This document shows positions 21,337-32,841 of a stretch of DNA of 64,000 nt, one piece after another. The position numbers and the translations under genes were made by a program. The notes below the pieces were generated by a model. The model worked only from the letters and a program-made list of their open reading frames with translations. It was not told the DNA's origin and searched no databases. Source of the stretch: an uncultured delta proteobacterium (GTDB lineage Bacteria; Myxococcota_A; Polyangia; Polyangiales; Polyangiaceae); contig CAWDXG010000004.1 in the NCBI GenBank assembly GCA_963806225.1, positions 64,001-128,000 on the forward strand, written 5' to 3'. The first letter of the stretch is position 1, and every line of letters starts with the position of its first letter.

Positions 21337-23211
21337 CTACGGGTGGATGTCGACGATGGTCCCCTCGCCCATGTCGGCACCGACGTTGATGCCGTGCCAA
21401 CCCGGAGGTACCGGCGGATCGGTCCACATGAAGACAACGCGGGCGTCGATGGGGGCGAGGTTCACGCAGCCGTGGCTACGCGGGATGCCGAACACGTCGT
21501 GCCAGTAGGCACCGTGCAGCGCGTAGCCCGAGGCGAAGTACTGGATCCAGGGTACGTCGCGCAGCTGGAAACCTGAAGCGCCGCGTCGCACGGTGACGCC
21601 GTACTCCGGCGGCCGGCCCTTGTGGATGTTGTCCAGCCGGCGCTGGTCGCGCGGGTTCAACTTGTCGCCGGCCTTCTCTGCCGCGAGCAGCCGCTTGACG
21701 GTGGCGCGGTCGTCGGCCGAGAGCGAGCGATGCGTGTTGGCGCGCGTGCCGCCGGCTACGTCCGAGTTCTCGTTCGAGTCCATCATGGCCGCGATGTGCT
21801 TGCTCTTCAGGCGGAAGATGCCCTGGGGCGTGGCCAGCTGCGTCTTCGGATCGCCGAGCCTGACGCGCCCGGTCGAGACGAGCGTCGCGTACCAGGGGCG
21901 CTTGCCTTCGTAGAGCACGAGGGTCTGCTGACGCAGCGAGATGTCGATCCACTTCTCGCCCTTCTTTGCGAAGTCGGGCCATTGTTCCGGGTACGCGACG
22001 ATGCCGATGTCGCTCGCCTTGAGCCAGATCGTCTTGTCCTTGAGCGTCTGGTAGTAGCGGTGCCCCGCCTTGATGCGCGCCTTGCCGCTGATCGGCACGA
22101 CCGCGCGGCGCGGGATATCCGCCACTTCCTCCACCTCGTCGGCGCCCCGGATGAGGTGGTAGGTCTTCACGCCGCGCTTGATCACCCAGCAGAACGGGAT
22201 CGGGAAGTTCTTGTTGATCTCGATCCCGTGGAACGGTGAGGCCGTATCCGGCTTGACCTTGGTGGTGGGGATCAGCCGCATGTCCACCGTGACCGCGAAG
22301 CGGCGATGGAAGCCGTTGTCGTTGGTGTCGAAGGCGTCGATGAACGACAGTCCCGTCTTGCGCCGCACGCGGTCAGCGAACACCGCGTAGTCCGGCACCT
22401 TGAAGGCGGCGACGTTGGGGATCAGCCGCTTGTGATCCTCCAGCCACCACGGGATCGGCTCGTCGGCGCTCTTGCCGCCGAACAGCTCGTCGCGGCTGAG
22501 CTGCGTGGACAGCCGGAAGCCCTTGGGGTGCGCGAGGCCGGGCATGGCGATGCCGCGCGAGTCGAGCGGCACGTCGTTCGCGCCGAGATCCACCCGCTGC
22601 ACCTCGGCCTTGTGCTCCTTGAACCACTCCAGGTGCTCGTCGAGCTTGAACTCGCTCTTCTCCTGTTCGGCCTTGGTGGGGATGCGCAGGTACTGCGGCG
22701 CCGTCGCCCGCACGAAGCCGTAGTGGTACGGCATGGGCTTGGACAGGTCCGGCCTGATGTCGGCGGCGCGGATGATGGGCTTGTGGAGGTCGGTCGTCGC
22801 CTCGTCGGTACACATGTAGCCCATCGGATAGACGTGGTACCACTTGCCCTTGCAGCCGTGCCCGCTCACCGGATCCGGATCGCGCTGGACGCTGCTGCCG
22901 AGCCGGACGTAGCCGAGCTTGCGTGAGTTTTCGTTCGGCAGCTTGTAGACGGTGGCGGCGATGACCGTGGCGGCGATTTGCGGCGAGCTCTGTGGCGCCT
23001 TGGTGTCGAGCTCGCCGTGGTTGACCTTCATGCTCGACAGCGGCGCCGTGGCGGAAAGCGCTCTGGACGACGCCGCCGCTGCCGAAGAGGACGCGGCGGG
23101 AGCGTCCTTCGCCGCCGCCCCCTTGTGGCAGCCGGCCGGAAGCGTCGCCGCGCCCAGCGCGACCAGAGCGGCGACGGCCCGCCGCCGCAGAAGGATCCGG
23201 CACTCGATCAT
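21337..23211 (-). CDS. L,D-transpeptidase (YkuD family) lipoprotein
   Basis: Lipobox PAGC, then WIDISLRQQTL, VSTG, TPQG and ALHGAYWHDVFGIPRSHGCVNL (catalytic His/Cys). Confidence 0.9.
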   Translation of the reverse strand: MIECRILLRRRAVAALVALGAATLPAGCHKGAAAKDAPAASSSAAAASSRALSATAPLSSMKVNHGELDTKAPQSSPQIAATVIAATVYKLPNENSRKLGYVRLGSSVQRDPDPVSGHGCKGKWYHVYPMGYMCTDEATTDLHKPIIRAADIRPDLSKPMPYHYGFVRATAPQYLRIPTKAEQEKSEFKLDEHLEWFKEHKAEVQRVDLGANDVPLDSRGIAMPGLAHPKGFRLSTQLSRDELFGGKSADEPIPWWLEDHKRLIPNVAAFKVPDYAVFADRVRRKTGLSFIDAFDTNDNGFHRRFAVTVDMRLIPTTKVKPDTASPFHGIEINKNFPIPFCWVIKRGVKTYHLIRGADEVEEVADIPRRAVVPISGKARIKAGHRYYQTLKDKTIWLKASDIGIVAYPEQWPDFAKKGEKWIDISLRQQTLVLYEGKRPWYATLVSTGRVRLGDPKTQLATPQGIFRLKSKHIAAMMDSNENSDVAGGTRANTHRSLSADDRATVKRLLAAEKAGDKLNPRDQRRLDNIHKGRPPEYGVTVRRGASGFQLRDVPWIQYFASGYALHGAYWHDVFGIPRSHGCVNLAPIDARVVFMWTDPPVPPGWHGINVGADMGEGTIVDIHP

Positions 23212-23278
23212 GGCCGCCCGGTTTACCGCGAAAAGAGCAGGAGATCAACCCGGCTCTCCCGCCTCCCCGCGGCAGGTG

Positions 23279-24736
23279 CTAGCCCCCACGGGCGTCGGTG
23301 TGCACCGAGGCCGGCTCGGTCGAGCCGTCGTCCTGGGCGGCGTCCTGCCTGTCGACGTGGCCGTCGACCTCCACGCGCTCGGCGCCGTCGGGCAGCGTGG
23401 GTAGCTCGTCGAGCGACATGCCGGGTGCCACCCAGTACACTTCGGGCACCGGCCAGTACTTGCTCTTGTAGGTGTGCTTCTCCTCCCGGCCGTCCGGCAG
23501 ATGGATGCGCACTATGCTGTACACGTCGTAGCCCTTGTGGCCCTTCTGGTGGCGCACGGGCTTGTCGCTGTCCAGCGAGGGCATCGTGGTGACGCGGCGG
23601 TAGAAGTCGTGGGTCTTCGTGACGGCGTACGTGTAGTCGACCTTGCCCGGTGCATCGCGGCCCAGGAATTCCACCCGGAGCACGTGCCGCTCCGGCACGA
23701 ACGCGTGGATGATGAGCGCCGAGTCGTACGGGTTCTTGATCTTGAGATCGACCTCCGGATACACGACCGTCGCGTCCAGCCCGAGCGGCACATAGCCGCT
23801 CGGGCGGCTGTGGCTGCGGCGCTGCACCACGTCGATGCCGCCGTACACGGCCGCGGCGTGCAGCGTGGAGGCAACCTGGCATGTGCCGCCGCCCACGCCC
23901 GGCTTGAGCTCGTCGTCGACGATCACCGGTGCCCAGGTGAAGCCGCGGCGCAAGGTCCGTGGACCGACGACCTTGTTGAAGCTGATGGTCTGCCGTGGCG
24001 CGATCACCGTGCCGTTCAGATAGCGTGCGGCGGTGTGGACGTTCTGGTCACGCGATGCGCTGTGTCCGCCGAAGTTGCTCTGGTAGCTCGACAGCACGTG
24101 GCTCACGTCGATCTGCGCGATCATCTGCGAGGTCACGTCGGCCGGCACAGCGCGGGTTTCCACCGGGATTACGATGACGCGCTGGTCGCCGACCACCGGA
24201 ATGTGGGCGAGGGTCCGGTCCACGGCGAGCTCCCTTCCGGGTCTGTCGGGGACGCGCTCGTGGCGCACGAGGTCGAGGCGGGCGTCGACGGGACTTCTGT
24301 GCACCAGCGGTGCGAGCTTCTCGAGCGTCGCCCTGGCGCGCGTTCGATCGATGCGCCAGTGCGGCGCGATGTCCACGTTGCCCTGGCGCGCCTGCCAGGC
24401 CTCGAACAGCCGCGCGCCCAGCGAGCCCTGCTCGGTGTCCTGCTGGACGGCGCGCATCGTCGCCGGGACATCCAGCTCGACGCCCAGGGCGCCCAGATGG
24501 GCACGGATGGTGCTGCCGTCGTCGAGGCGCAGGTAGGCTTCGCGATTTTCGAGCTGCTTCTGCCGGGCGGCCAGGAAATCGCCCACCGATGCCCCGGGCG
24601 GGATCAGCCGCCCGCCGACGTAGGTGCCCGGCAGCGCCTTGCCGGGCGGCAGGAGAGCGAAGTACCCCCACACGCCCGCTCCCGCCGCGGCGGCGACGCC
24701 AAGAGACAGGCAGGCGGTGAGGAAGTGTCGTCGCAC
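23279..24736 (-). CDS. VanW family protein with PG-binding-4 region
   Basis: N-terminal TM, then ISFNKVVGPR, GVGGGTCQVASTL, HSRPSGYVPLGLDATV and DLKIKN. Confidence 0.9.
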   Translation of the reverse strand: MRRHFLTACLSLGVAAAAGAGVWGYFALLPPGKALPGTYVGGRLIPPGASVGDFLAARQKQLENREAYLRLDDGSTIRAHLGALGVELDVPATMRAVQQDTEQGSLGARLFEAWQARQGNVDIAPHWRIDRTRARATLEKLAPLVHRSPVDARLDLVRHERVPDRPGRELAVDRTLAHIPVVGDQRVIVIPVETRAVPADVTSQMIAQIDVSHVLSSYQSNFGGHSASRDQNVHTAARYLNGTVIAPRQTISFNKVVGPRTLRRGFTWAPVIVDDELKPGVGGGTCQVASTLHAAAVYGGIDVVQRRSHSRPSGYVPLGLDATVVYPEVDLKIKNPYDSALIIHAFVPERHVLRVEFLGRDAPGKVDYTYAVTKTHDFYRRVTTMPSLDSDKPVRHQKGHKGYDVYSIVRIHLPDGREEKHTYKSKYWPVPEVYWVAPGMSLDELPTLPDGAERVEVDGHVDRQDAAQDDGSTEPASVHTDARGG

Positions 24737-24885
24737 GGTGGGATCGTACCGGCGCAGCGGGCCCGGTGGCAAAGTCGAGGTTTCGTCGAGTCCCCTACCC
24801 CCTACGCCCGGCGGAGCCAGCCTCTTCCAGCCACGGAAGATGGGCGGCTTGACGGCCGGCGCCGCGCCTCTACGCTTCGGCTGCA

Positions 24886-25086
24886 ATGAAGCTCACCGTG
24901 AACGGCCGCGAGCAGGAAGTCCCCGACGGGCTGAGCGTCCGGGCCTTGATCGAGCACCTCGGCCTGACCGACGGGCCCGTCGCCGTGGAGCGCAACCGCG
25001 AAGTGGTGCCGCGCGCCCAGCACGAGAGCACCGATCTCCAGCCCGACGACGTGCTGGAGATCGTGCACTTCGTCGGCGGCGGCTGA
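24886..25086 (+). CDS. thiS: Sulfur carrier protein ThiS
   Basis: 66 aa: MKLTVNG...[12 protein letters not shown]...[12 protein letters not shown]. Confidence 0.93.
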   Translation: MKLTVNGREQEVPDGLSVRALIEHLGLTDGPVAVERNREVVPRAQHESTDLQPDDVLEIVHFVGGG

Positions 25087-25099
25087 AGCGCCGGTCCGA

Positions 25100-25798
25100 T
25101 CAGTTCGCAGGAGTGCAGCTTGTCGGATACCAGGAGGCTTCCGTGCGGATGAGATCGCACGCATCCTGGCATGTGCCCTTGCAGGTCTTGCCCGTTGGAC
25201 CGTTGCAGCTGTCCGGAACGGCCCAGCAGGTGTCTATGCCCAGGCTCAAGCAGTCCGTGAGCTTGTTGTGGGCGTGGTTGCAGTGGCTGTCCTGCGGACA
25301 GGGGGTGCCGCCCACGCACCGCTTCGTGTTCGTGTCGGTGGAGGAACACGGGTTCGCGCTGCGCACCGACTTGTCCAGGTGATTGGCCAGAGCAGCGTCC
25401 CAGTACGTGACGCCGTCGCAGCCGCACACCGCACCCGAAGCCGTCCCGATGATAATCGGCTTGCAGGTCCCGGTGCCGCAACCGCTGCAGTAATATCCGT
25501 TCGGGCAGCTTCCGCTGCAACTGCTCGTCCCACCACCGCTGCCGGCATCCACCGCCGAGCCACCGTCGGTGCCGCCCACATTGCCGCCGCCACCCGCATT
25601 GCCGCCGTCGTCGCCGCCGGCGTTGCCGCCCGCCCCTCCGGTCGAGCTTCCCGCGGCGCCGCCGCCCGCCCCCGAGCCGGCCTTGCCCCCCGAGTCGGCC
25701 TTGCCCCCCGAGCCTCCGCTGGCTGACGCGAACTGTCCGCTGCTGGAGCAGCCCAGCGCCGACACCAGTAGACCCATGCAAAGGATACTAGAGCGCAT
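25100..25798 (-). CDS. Gly-rich/Cys-rich lipoprotein
   Basis: Lipobox ALGC, a GG-rich linker, and a Cys-rich C-terminal domain with Kazal-like VCGCDGVTY. Confidence 0.8.
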   Translation of the reverse strand: MRSSILCMGLLVSALGCSSSGQFASASGGSGGKADSGGKAGSGAGGGAAGSSTGGAGGNAGGDDGGNAGGGGNVGGTDGGSAVDAGSGGGTSSCSGSCPNGYYCSGCGTGTCKPIIIGTASGAVCGCDGVTYWDAALANHLDKSVRSANPCSSTDTNTKRCVGGTPCPQDSHCNHAHNKLTDCLSLGIDTCWAVPDSCNGPTGKTCKGTCQDACDLIRTEASWYPTSCTPAN

Positions 25799-25840
25799 AA
25801 TGCTCCCAGTATACCAGCCAGACCGTAGCCGCGCGAGCGG

Positions 25841-26353
25841 CTAGCGGTGCTTCAGCGCGAGCCGGAGGTAGTCCTCGGCGCCGCGGATGCCGAGCCGCGT
25901 TTCTTCGGGCGTCAGCTCCCGCACCACCCTGCCCGGTTGGCCGCGCACCATCACGCGCGGCGGCACCTTCATTCCGGGCGGCACCACGGCCCCGGCTGCG
26001 ATCAACGCTTCCTCGCCGATCTCGGCGTTGTCGAGGATCACCGAGCCCATGCCGATCAATGCGCGATCGCCGATGATCCCGCCGTGGATGATCGCACCGT
26101 GCCCGACCGTCACGTCCTCGCCGACGATCGTGTTCGAAACGTCCGTGGTCATGTGGAAGCACGCGAGATCCTGGACATTGCTCCGCGCGCCGATACGGAT
26201 GAAGCCAACGTCTCCGCGCAGCACCGCGCCGTACCAGACGCTCACCTGGTCGCCGAGGTGCACGTCGCCCACGACCACCGCGCCGTCCGCCACGAACACG
26301 TCCCTGCCGAGCTCGGGCGTCTTTCCGCCCACGGTCTTGATCAACCCTGCCAT
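25841..26353 (-). CDS. Gamma carbonic anhydrase family hexapeptide-repeat protein
   Basis: VGDV, SVWYGAVLRGD, IGARSNVQD, TVGHGAIIHG. Confidence 0.92.
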   Translation of the reverse strand: MAGLIKTVGGKTPELGRDVFVADGAVVVGDVHLGDQVSVWYGAVLRGDVGFIRIGARSNVQDLACFHMTTDVSNTIVGEDVTVGHGAIIHGGIIGDRALIGMGSVILDNAEIGEEALIAAGAVVPPGMKVPPRVMVRGQPGRVVRELTPEETRLGIRGAEDYLRLALKHR

Positions 26354-26363
26354 CGCCTCTCCG

Positions 26364-27806
26364 TCACACGACCGGCAGCGCGCGAGGATGGACTGCCGGC
26401 ATGCGCGGCGCGCGCCGCGCCTCGTCGCACAGCTCGCCTTCCAGCGAGTTCTTGAACGCGCGCCGGATGCGCACCGCGACGATCTCGCCGGTGGGGTCGT
26501 CCGTCGCGCCGAAATGGACGATCTCGTTCTTCTCGCTGCGCCCGGTGTAGCCGCCGCCCTGCGCGGGCCCTTCCACCAGCACCTCTTCGACGCTGCCGAC
26601 CCGCGAGGCCAGGTGCTCGCGGCGCAGCCGGTAGCTGAGCGCGAACAGCTCCGCGAGCCGTTCGCTTTTCTCCGCTTCCGGCACGTCGTTGTCCAGCTTG
26701 AGCGACGGCGTGTACGGCCTTTCCGAGTACTTGAACCCGAACAGCCCCGAGAAGCCCGCGCGCTCCACCAGCTCTAGCGTGCCTGCGAAGTCCTCGCGCG
26801 TTTCGCCCGGAAAGCCAACGATCACGTCGGTCGAGAGCGTCACGTCCGGCACCGCTTCGCGCAGCGCGTCGAGGCGCTCGTGGTACTCCGCCACGCTGTA
26901 GCGGCGGATCATGCGGCGCAGCACCCGGTCGCTGCCCGACTGCACCGGCATGTGCACGTGCCGGCAGAGCAGCGGCAGATCCTGGTGCGCGCGGATCAGG
27001 GATAGCGTCAGGTGGCGCGGATGCGGGCTCGCGTAGCGCAGCCGGGCGAGCCCCGGCGCGCGCTCCGCAATGCGGCGCAGGAGCGCCGGGAACTCGCTCT
27101 CGTCCTCCTTCGCCCGCGCCCCGCGCGTGTGGCGCCAGCGGCTGTCGCCCGCTCCCGGTGCCGGCGGCAGCGAACCTTCCGGGTCGCGGTAGCTGTTCAC
27201 CGTCTGGCCCAGCAGCGTCACCTCGCGCACGCCCGCGTCGACGAGCCGCGCGATCTCGTCTACCAGCTCCGCGGCGGGGCGGTAGCGCTCGGGTCCCCGC
27301 GTGTAGGGCACGATGCAGAACGAGCAGCGCTCGTTGCAGCCCTTCATCACCGTGACGTACGCCGTCGGCGCCTGACGCCCGCGCACCGGTGCCGCGGGCA
27401 GGAAGTACGGGGTCTCCGTGTCGAACACGGTGCGCACGCGCGGCGGCGAGCCCAGCGACAGCTCGGCCAGGAGTCCAGGCAGCTCCGGGATGTTGTCGGG
27501 GCCGATCACCAGATCGATCTGCGGCATCCGCTCGACCAGCCGCTCCCCTTCCTGCTGCGCCACGCAGCCGGCCACGCCGATCAAGAGTCCGGGCCGCTGC
27601 CGCTTGAGCACCCCCAGCCGCCCCACTTCGCTCCTGAGCTTCTGTTCGGCCTTCTCGCGCACGCTGCAGGTGTTCAGCAGGACCAGATCCGCCTGGGCGG
27701 GCTCTGCCGTCTCGTCATAGCCCGCGCGCGAAAGGGCCTCGCCGATCCGCTCGGAATCGTGCTGGTTCATCTGGCAGCCGAAGGTGACGAGGGCGTAGCG
27801 GGGCAT
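26364..27806 (-). CDS. miaB: tRNA methylthiotransferase MiaB
   Basis: TFGCQMNQHDSE, LNTCSVRE, radical-SAM GCNERCSFC, VQSGS, FKYSERP and a C-terminal TRAM domain. Confidence 0.96.
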   Translation of the reverse strand: MPRYALVTFGCQMNQHDSERIGEALSRAGYDETAEPAQADLVLLNTCSVREKAEQKLRSEVGRLGVLKRQRPGLLIGVAGCVAQQEGERLVERMPQIDLVIGPDNIPELPGLLAELSLGSPPRVRTVFDTETPYFLPAAPVRGRQAPTAYVTVMKGCNERCSFCIVPYTRGPERYRPAAELVDEIARLVDAGVREVTLLGQTVNSYRDPEGSLPPAPGAGDSRWRHTRGARAKEDESEFPALLRRIAERAPGLARLRYASPHPRHLTLSLIRAHQDLPLLCRHVHMPVQSGSDRVLRRMIRRYSVAEYHERLDALREAVPDVTLSTDVIVGFPGETREDFAGTLELVERAGFSGLFGFKYSERPYTPSLKLDNDVPEAEKSERLAELFALSYRLRREHLASRVGSVEEVLVEGPAQGGGYTGRSEKNEIVHFGATDDPTGEIVAVRIRRAFKNSLEGELCDEARRAPRMPAVHPRALPVV

Positions 27807-27968
27807 GGCTCGATGGCGGTCGCGGCCTGGGGCCGGCCCGGGAAGCTAGCACGCAGCCCGCCGACGTCAGCCGGCGGTGCGCGGGACGATTGACCCGGGC
27901 CCCTGGCGAACCCTATGTTTCCGGGCCGTTTCGCCGATCCGGCGGGACCCACAGAGGCGGGAGAGACC

Positions 27969-29730
<1,762 letters not shown>

Positions 29731-29732
<2 letters not shown>

Positions 29733-29769
29733 CCATCGGCCAGCGGCCACTAGCTATTGGCTGGTGGCT
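29731..29769 (+). terminator. Imperfect hairpin after the acyl-CoA ligase
   Basis: AGCCATCGGCCA can pair with TGGCTGGTGGCT using G-U pairs. There is no U-tract. Confidence 0.3.
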
Positions 29770-29989
29770 GGGTGCCCCCGCCCTGCGCGGCGGGGCACGG
29801 CCTGCGGCCTCCAGCCGCAGGCGCCCCCAAGCGTCGCCTCCGGCGCCGCGGGGCCGCTACCGGTGCGGCGCCGGACTGGCCCTCGCCGGCAGCCACTCCG
29901 CGGGGCTGGATCGTCGCCCCGCGATCGGCGACCATGGTGGCCTGGGGTGCTGGCGACGTCCGGCACTTGGTGAGGACCGGCGAGAAGGC

Positions 29990-31351
29990 ATGTCCGCACA
30001 AGCTGCATTGTCACCGGGGACCCTGCTCGGCGGGAAATTCCGGATTATCCGTTCGATTGGAGTGGGCGGCATGGGTGCCGTCTACGACATCGAGCACGCA
30101 TTCACGCACCACAGACGAGCCCTCAAGCTGTTGCACCGGGAGGTGGCCGAGAACCCGGGCATCGTCGCGCGGTTCCTGCGCGAGGCCTCGGCGGCCGGGC
30201 GTATCGGCAATCCGCACGTGGTCGAGACCTTCGATGCCGGCACGCTCGATTCCGGCGAGCCGTATCTGGTCATGGAGCTGCTCGCCGGGCAGACGCTCAC
30301 CGAGCTCCTGGAGAGCCGCGGGCCCTTGCCGCCGGGTGAGATCGAGCCACTGATGCTCCAGGCGTGCAGCGGCGTACAGGCAGCGCACGACGCGGGAATC
30401 GTCCATCGCGACCTGAAGCCCGACAACCTGTTCATCACGGAGCGCGATGACGCGCCGTTCGTGAAGATCCTCGATTTCGGGATTTCCAAGTTCGACACGA
30501 CGCTCACCGGCGACCACGGTCTCACGCGCGAAGGCTCGCTGCTCGGCACCCCGTACTACATGCCGCCCGAGCAGGTGCGCGGCGCCGCGGTAGACGAGCG
30601 CGCCGACGTGTACGCCCTCGGCGTCATCCTGTACGAGTGCCTGACCGGCACCAAACCCTTCGAAGCCGACACCCTGCCGCACCTCTCGGTGAAGATCCAC
30701 GAGGGCAAAGCGACCCCCGTGACCGAGCTCCGACCGGACATCCCCCAGGCTCTCGCCGCTGTCGTGGTGCGCGCCATGCAAGCCGATCGCGATCAGCGCT
30801 TCGGAAGCGTGCGCGAGCTCGCCGCCGCCCTCGAGCGGTGTACGGACGCCTCCACTGGGCCCGCACCGCTGCCATTCGAGCAGACCGAGTGCGCGCCAGC
30901 GGGGTCCGTGCCCGGGACCCTGGAGGGTGCCGCCCAGGCGGGGTCGATGCCCGGTACCCTGGACGGCGCCGCGAGCGCGCCGGCAAGACGTCCTGGGTCG
31001 GCCTGGAAGGTGGGCGTGGCAGCCCTCGCGGTGGTGGTCATCGGTGTCGTGTGGACCCTGACGCGACCCCACGCCACCGAGGCGCCGGAGCCCGAACACC
31101 GGGCTGCTGCGGCTTCCAGCAGCGATGCTCCGCTTGGCGCGGCGCCGCCTGCAACGCCGAGGACGCCGTCCGTGACGCCCACGACGGCAACGTCAGCAGT
31201 TCCGCCTGCTTCGGCGAGCGCCGCGCCAGTTCCCACGCCGGCGAAGGTCGTCGCCCACACGGCGGCGCCTGCCCCGTCGCCCAGGCCCAAACCCAGAGCT
31301 TCCACGAAAGCGTCCAAGGCGGGGCTCGTCGAAGGCAATCCGTATCAATGA
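29990..31351 (+). CDS. Transmembrane Hanks-type Ser/Thr protein kinase
   Basis: GVGGMG, ALK, HRDLKPDN, DFG and GTPYYMPPE, then a TM helix and a Pro/Ala/Thr-rich tail ending NPYQ. Confidence 0.95.
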   Translation: MSAQAALSPGTLLGGKFRIIRSIGVGGMGAVYDIEHAFTHHRRALKLLHREVAENPGIVARFLREASAAGRIGNPHVVETFDAGTLDSGEPYLVMELLAGQTLTELLESRGPLPPGEIEPLMLQACSGVQAAHDAGIVHRDLKPDNLFITERDDAPFVKILDFGISKFDTTLTGDHGLTREGSLLGTPYYMPPEQVRGAAVDERADVYALGVILYECLTGTKPFEADTLPHLSVKIHEGKATPVTELRPDIPQALAAVVVRAMQADRDQRFGSVRELAAALERCTDASTGPAPLPFEQTECAPAGSVPGTLEGAAQAGSMPGTLDGAASAPARRPGSAWKVGVAALAVVVIGVVWTLTRPHATEAPEPEHRAAAASSSDAPLGAAPPATPRTPSVTPTTATSAVPPASASAAPVPTPAKVVAHTAAPAPSPRPKPRASTKASKAGLVEGNPYQ

Positions 31352-32841
31352 GTGTTCTTTCCATGGGCAGGCTGGCTTCATCTCTGTGCGTCGGCTTGGC
31401 GTGCCTATCCGTCGCAGCGCTCGCGCGCGCCGAGCCCTCGGCAGCGGACAAGAAGACCGAGGCGCGCGAGCGCTTCTCGCGCGGGCTGACCCTGTTCAAC
31501 GACGGCGACAACGCCGGCGCGCTGGCGGAGTTCGAGCGGGCAGAGAAGCTCCTGCCGAACCCGATCGTGCTCTACAACATCGGGCTGGTGCAGGCCGCCA
31601 TGGGTCGGGCCGCCGACGCCGTGAAGACGCTCGACCGGGTGCTGGCGCATCCCTCGCTGTCGGCGGATCGCCTTGCGCGCGCCAGAAAAGCGCGGGACGA
31701 GGCGGCAGCGCGGATCGCCCGGCTCGACATCACGACCAACGTCGACGGCGCGCAGATCGAGGTGGACAACATTCCGGTCGGCACGACGCCCCTGCACGCG
31801 CCCGTCACCGTGACCAGTGGGACGCGGCTTCTGGCAGTAGTAGCCCCTGGCTATGCGCCCCAGCGGAGGGAAATCACCGTTGCCGGAAACACGCGGACGC
31901 GGCTCGAGTTCAAGCTGCAGCCCCTCGAGGGCCAGCTCGCGCACCTCGCGGTCGAGACGAACGTCCTCGGCGCGCATGTACTGGTGGACGGAAAGCCCGC
32001 CGGCAGCACGCCGCTACCTGCCACCCTCGCCCTGTCGCCCGGCAAGCACACGATCGAGGTGCAGCGTCCCGGCTACACCACGGCACGAAAGGACGTGAAG
32101 CTCGGTGAAGGCGCCTCGGGCGAGGTCGCGCTGACACCGGTCCCCGATCCTTCCGCGCTCACTAGCGAGGGCGGCCGTCTCGCCCTCGACCTCTCCGAAA
32201 GCGACGCCAGTGTCACCATCGACGGCAAGCCTCGCGGCCCCTACTCGGGGAGCATCCCCCTCGCCCGTGGGCCTCATCGCCTGCTCATCCAGCGCGCTGG
32301 CTTCGACCCCTTCGAGCGCGTGGTCGACGTTCCCCACGGATCAACGGGTAACGTGAGCGTCCACCTCGTCCCGACGCCCGAGTACCGCGCGGCGTACGAG
32401 AGCAAGGCACACGCATTCAGGACCTGGGGTTGGGTCGGCGTTATCAGCGGCGCGGTGGTAGCGGGAGCGGGTACCGGCTACCTCGTCTACAACGCTGGCA
32501 AGAAGCACACCGCCCAGTCCGGCTTCGACCAGATAGTCACGGAACGCGACACCCAGAAGGGCCGTTGCGACTTGACGCACACTCCGGATAGCTGCGACGC
32601 GCTCGTCCAGGCGTACTACCAGGTGCTGAAGGACGCGCGGGCGCGCGATGCCTACGGCTGGGTCGGCGTCGGTGTCGGGGCGGCGATACTCGGGACCGGC
32701 GCCGTTCTGCTGATTACCGGCAACGACCCGCACCGCTACGACCGCGCATCGGAGGCCGACGAGCTTGGCCGGCTCCGCATCAAGCCGACCTTCAGCGCAG
32801 GGCGAGGCGGCGGCAGCGTCGGCCTCGTGGGACGCTTCTAG
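31348..32841 (+). CDS. TPR + multi-PEGA domain exported protein
   Basis: ATGA overlap with the kinase. Signal peptide, TPR (ALAEFERA...LYNIG), three PEGA-like repeats (GAxVxVDG...GxTP), two Gly-rich hydrophobic segments and terminal VGLVGRF. Confidence 0.9.
   Translation: MSVLSMGRLASSLCVGLACLSVAALARAEPSAADKKTEARERFSRGLTLFNDGDNAGALAEFERAEKLLPNPIVLYNIGLVQAAMGRAADAVKTLDRVLAHPSLSADRLARARKARDEAAARIARLDITTNVDGAQIEVDNIPVGTTPLHAPVTVTSGTRLLAVVAPGYAPQRREITVAGNTRTRLEFKLQPLEGQLAHLAVETNVLGAHVLVDGKPAGSTPLPATLALSPGKHTIEVQRPGYTTARKDVKLGEGASGEVALTPVPDPSALTSEGGRLALDLSESDASVTIDGKPRGPYSGSIPLARGPHRLLIQRAGFDPFERVVDVPHGSTGNVSVHLVPTPEYRAAYESKAHAFRTWGWVGVISGAVVAGAGTGYLVYNAGKKHTAQSGFDQIVTERDTQKGRCDLTHTPDSCDALVQAYYQVLKDARARDAYGWVGVGVGAAILGTGAVLLITGNDPHRYDRASEADELGRLRIKPTFSAGRGGGSVGLVGRF

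Noticed and set aside
24886..25086. thiS as part of the cys/Ubl operon or a local thiamine operon
   Set aside because: It is isolated, 20 kb from the operon, and has no thiG or TPP riboswitch nearby. A shared E1 is possible but unsupported.
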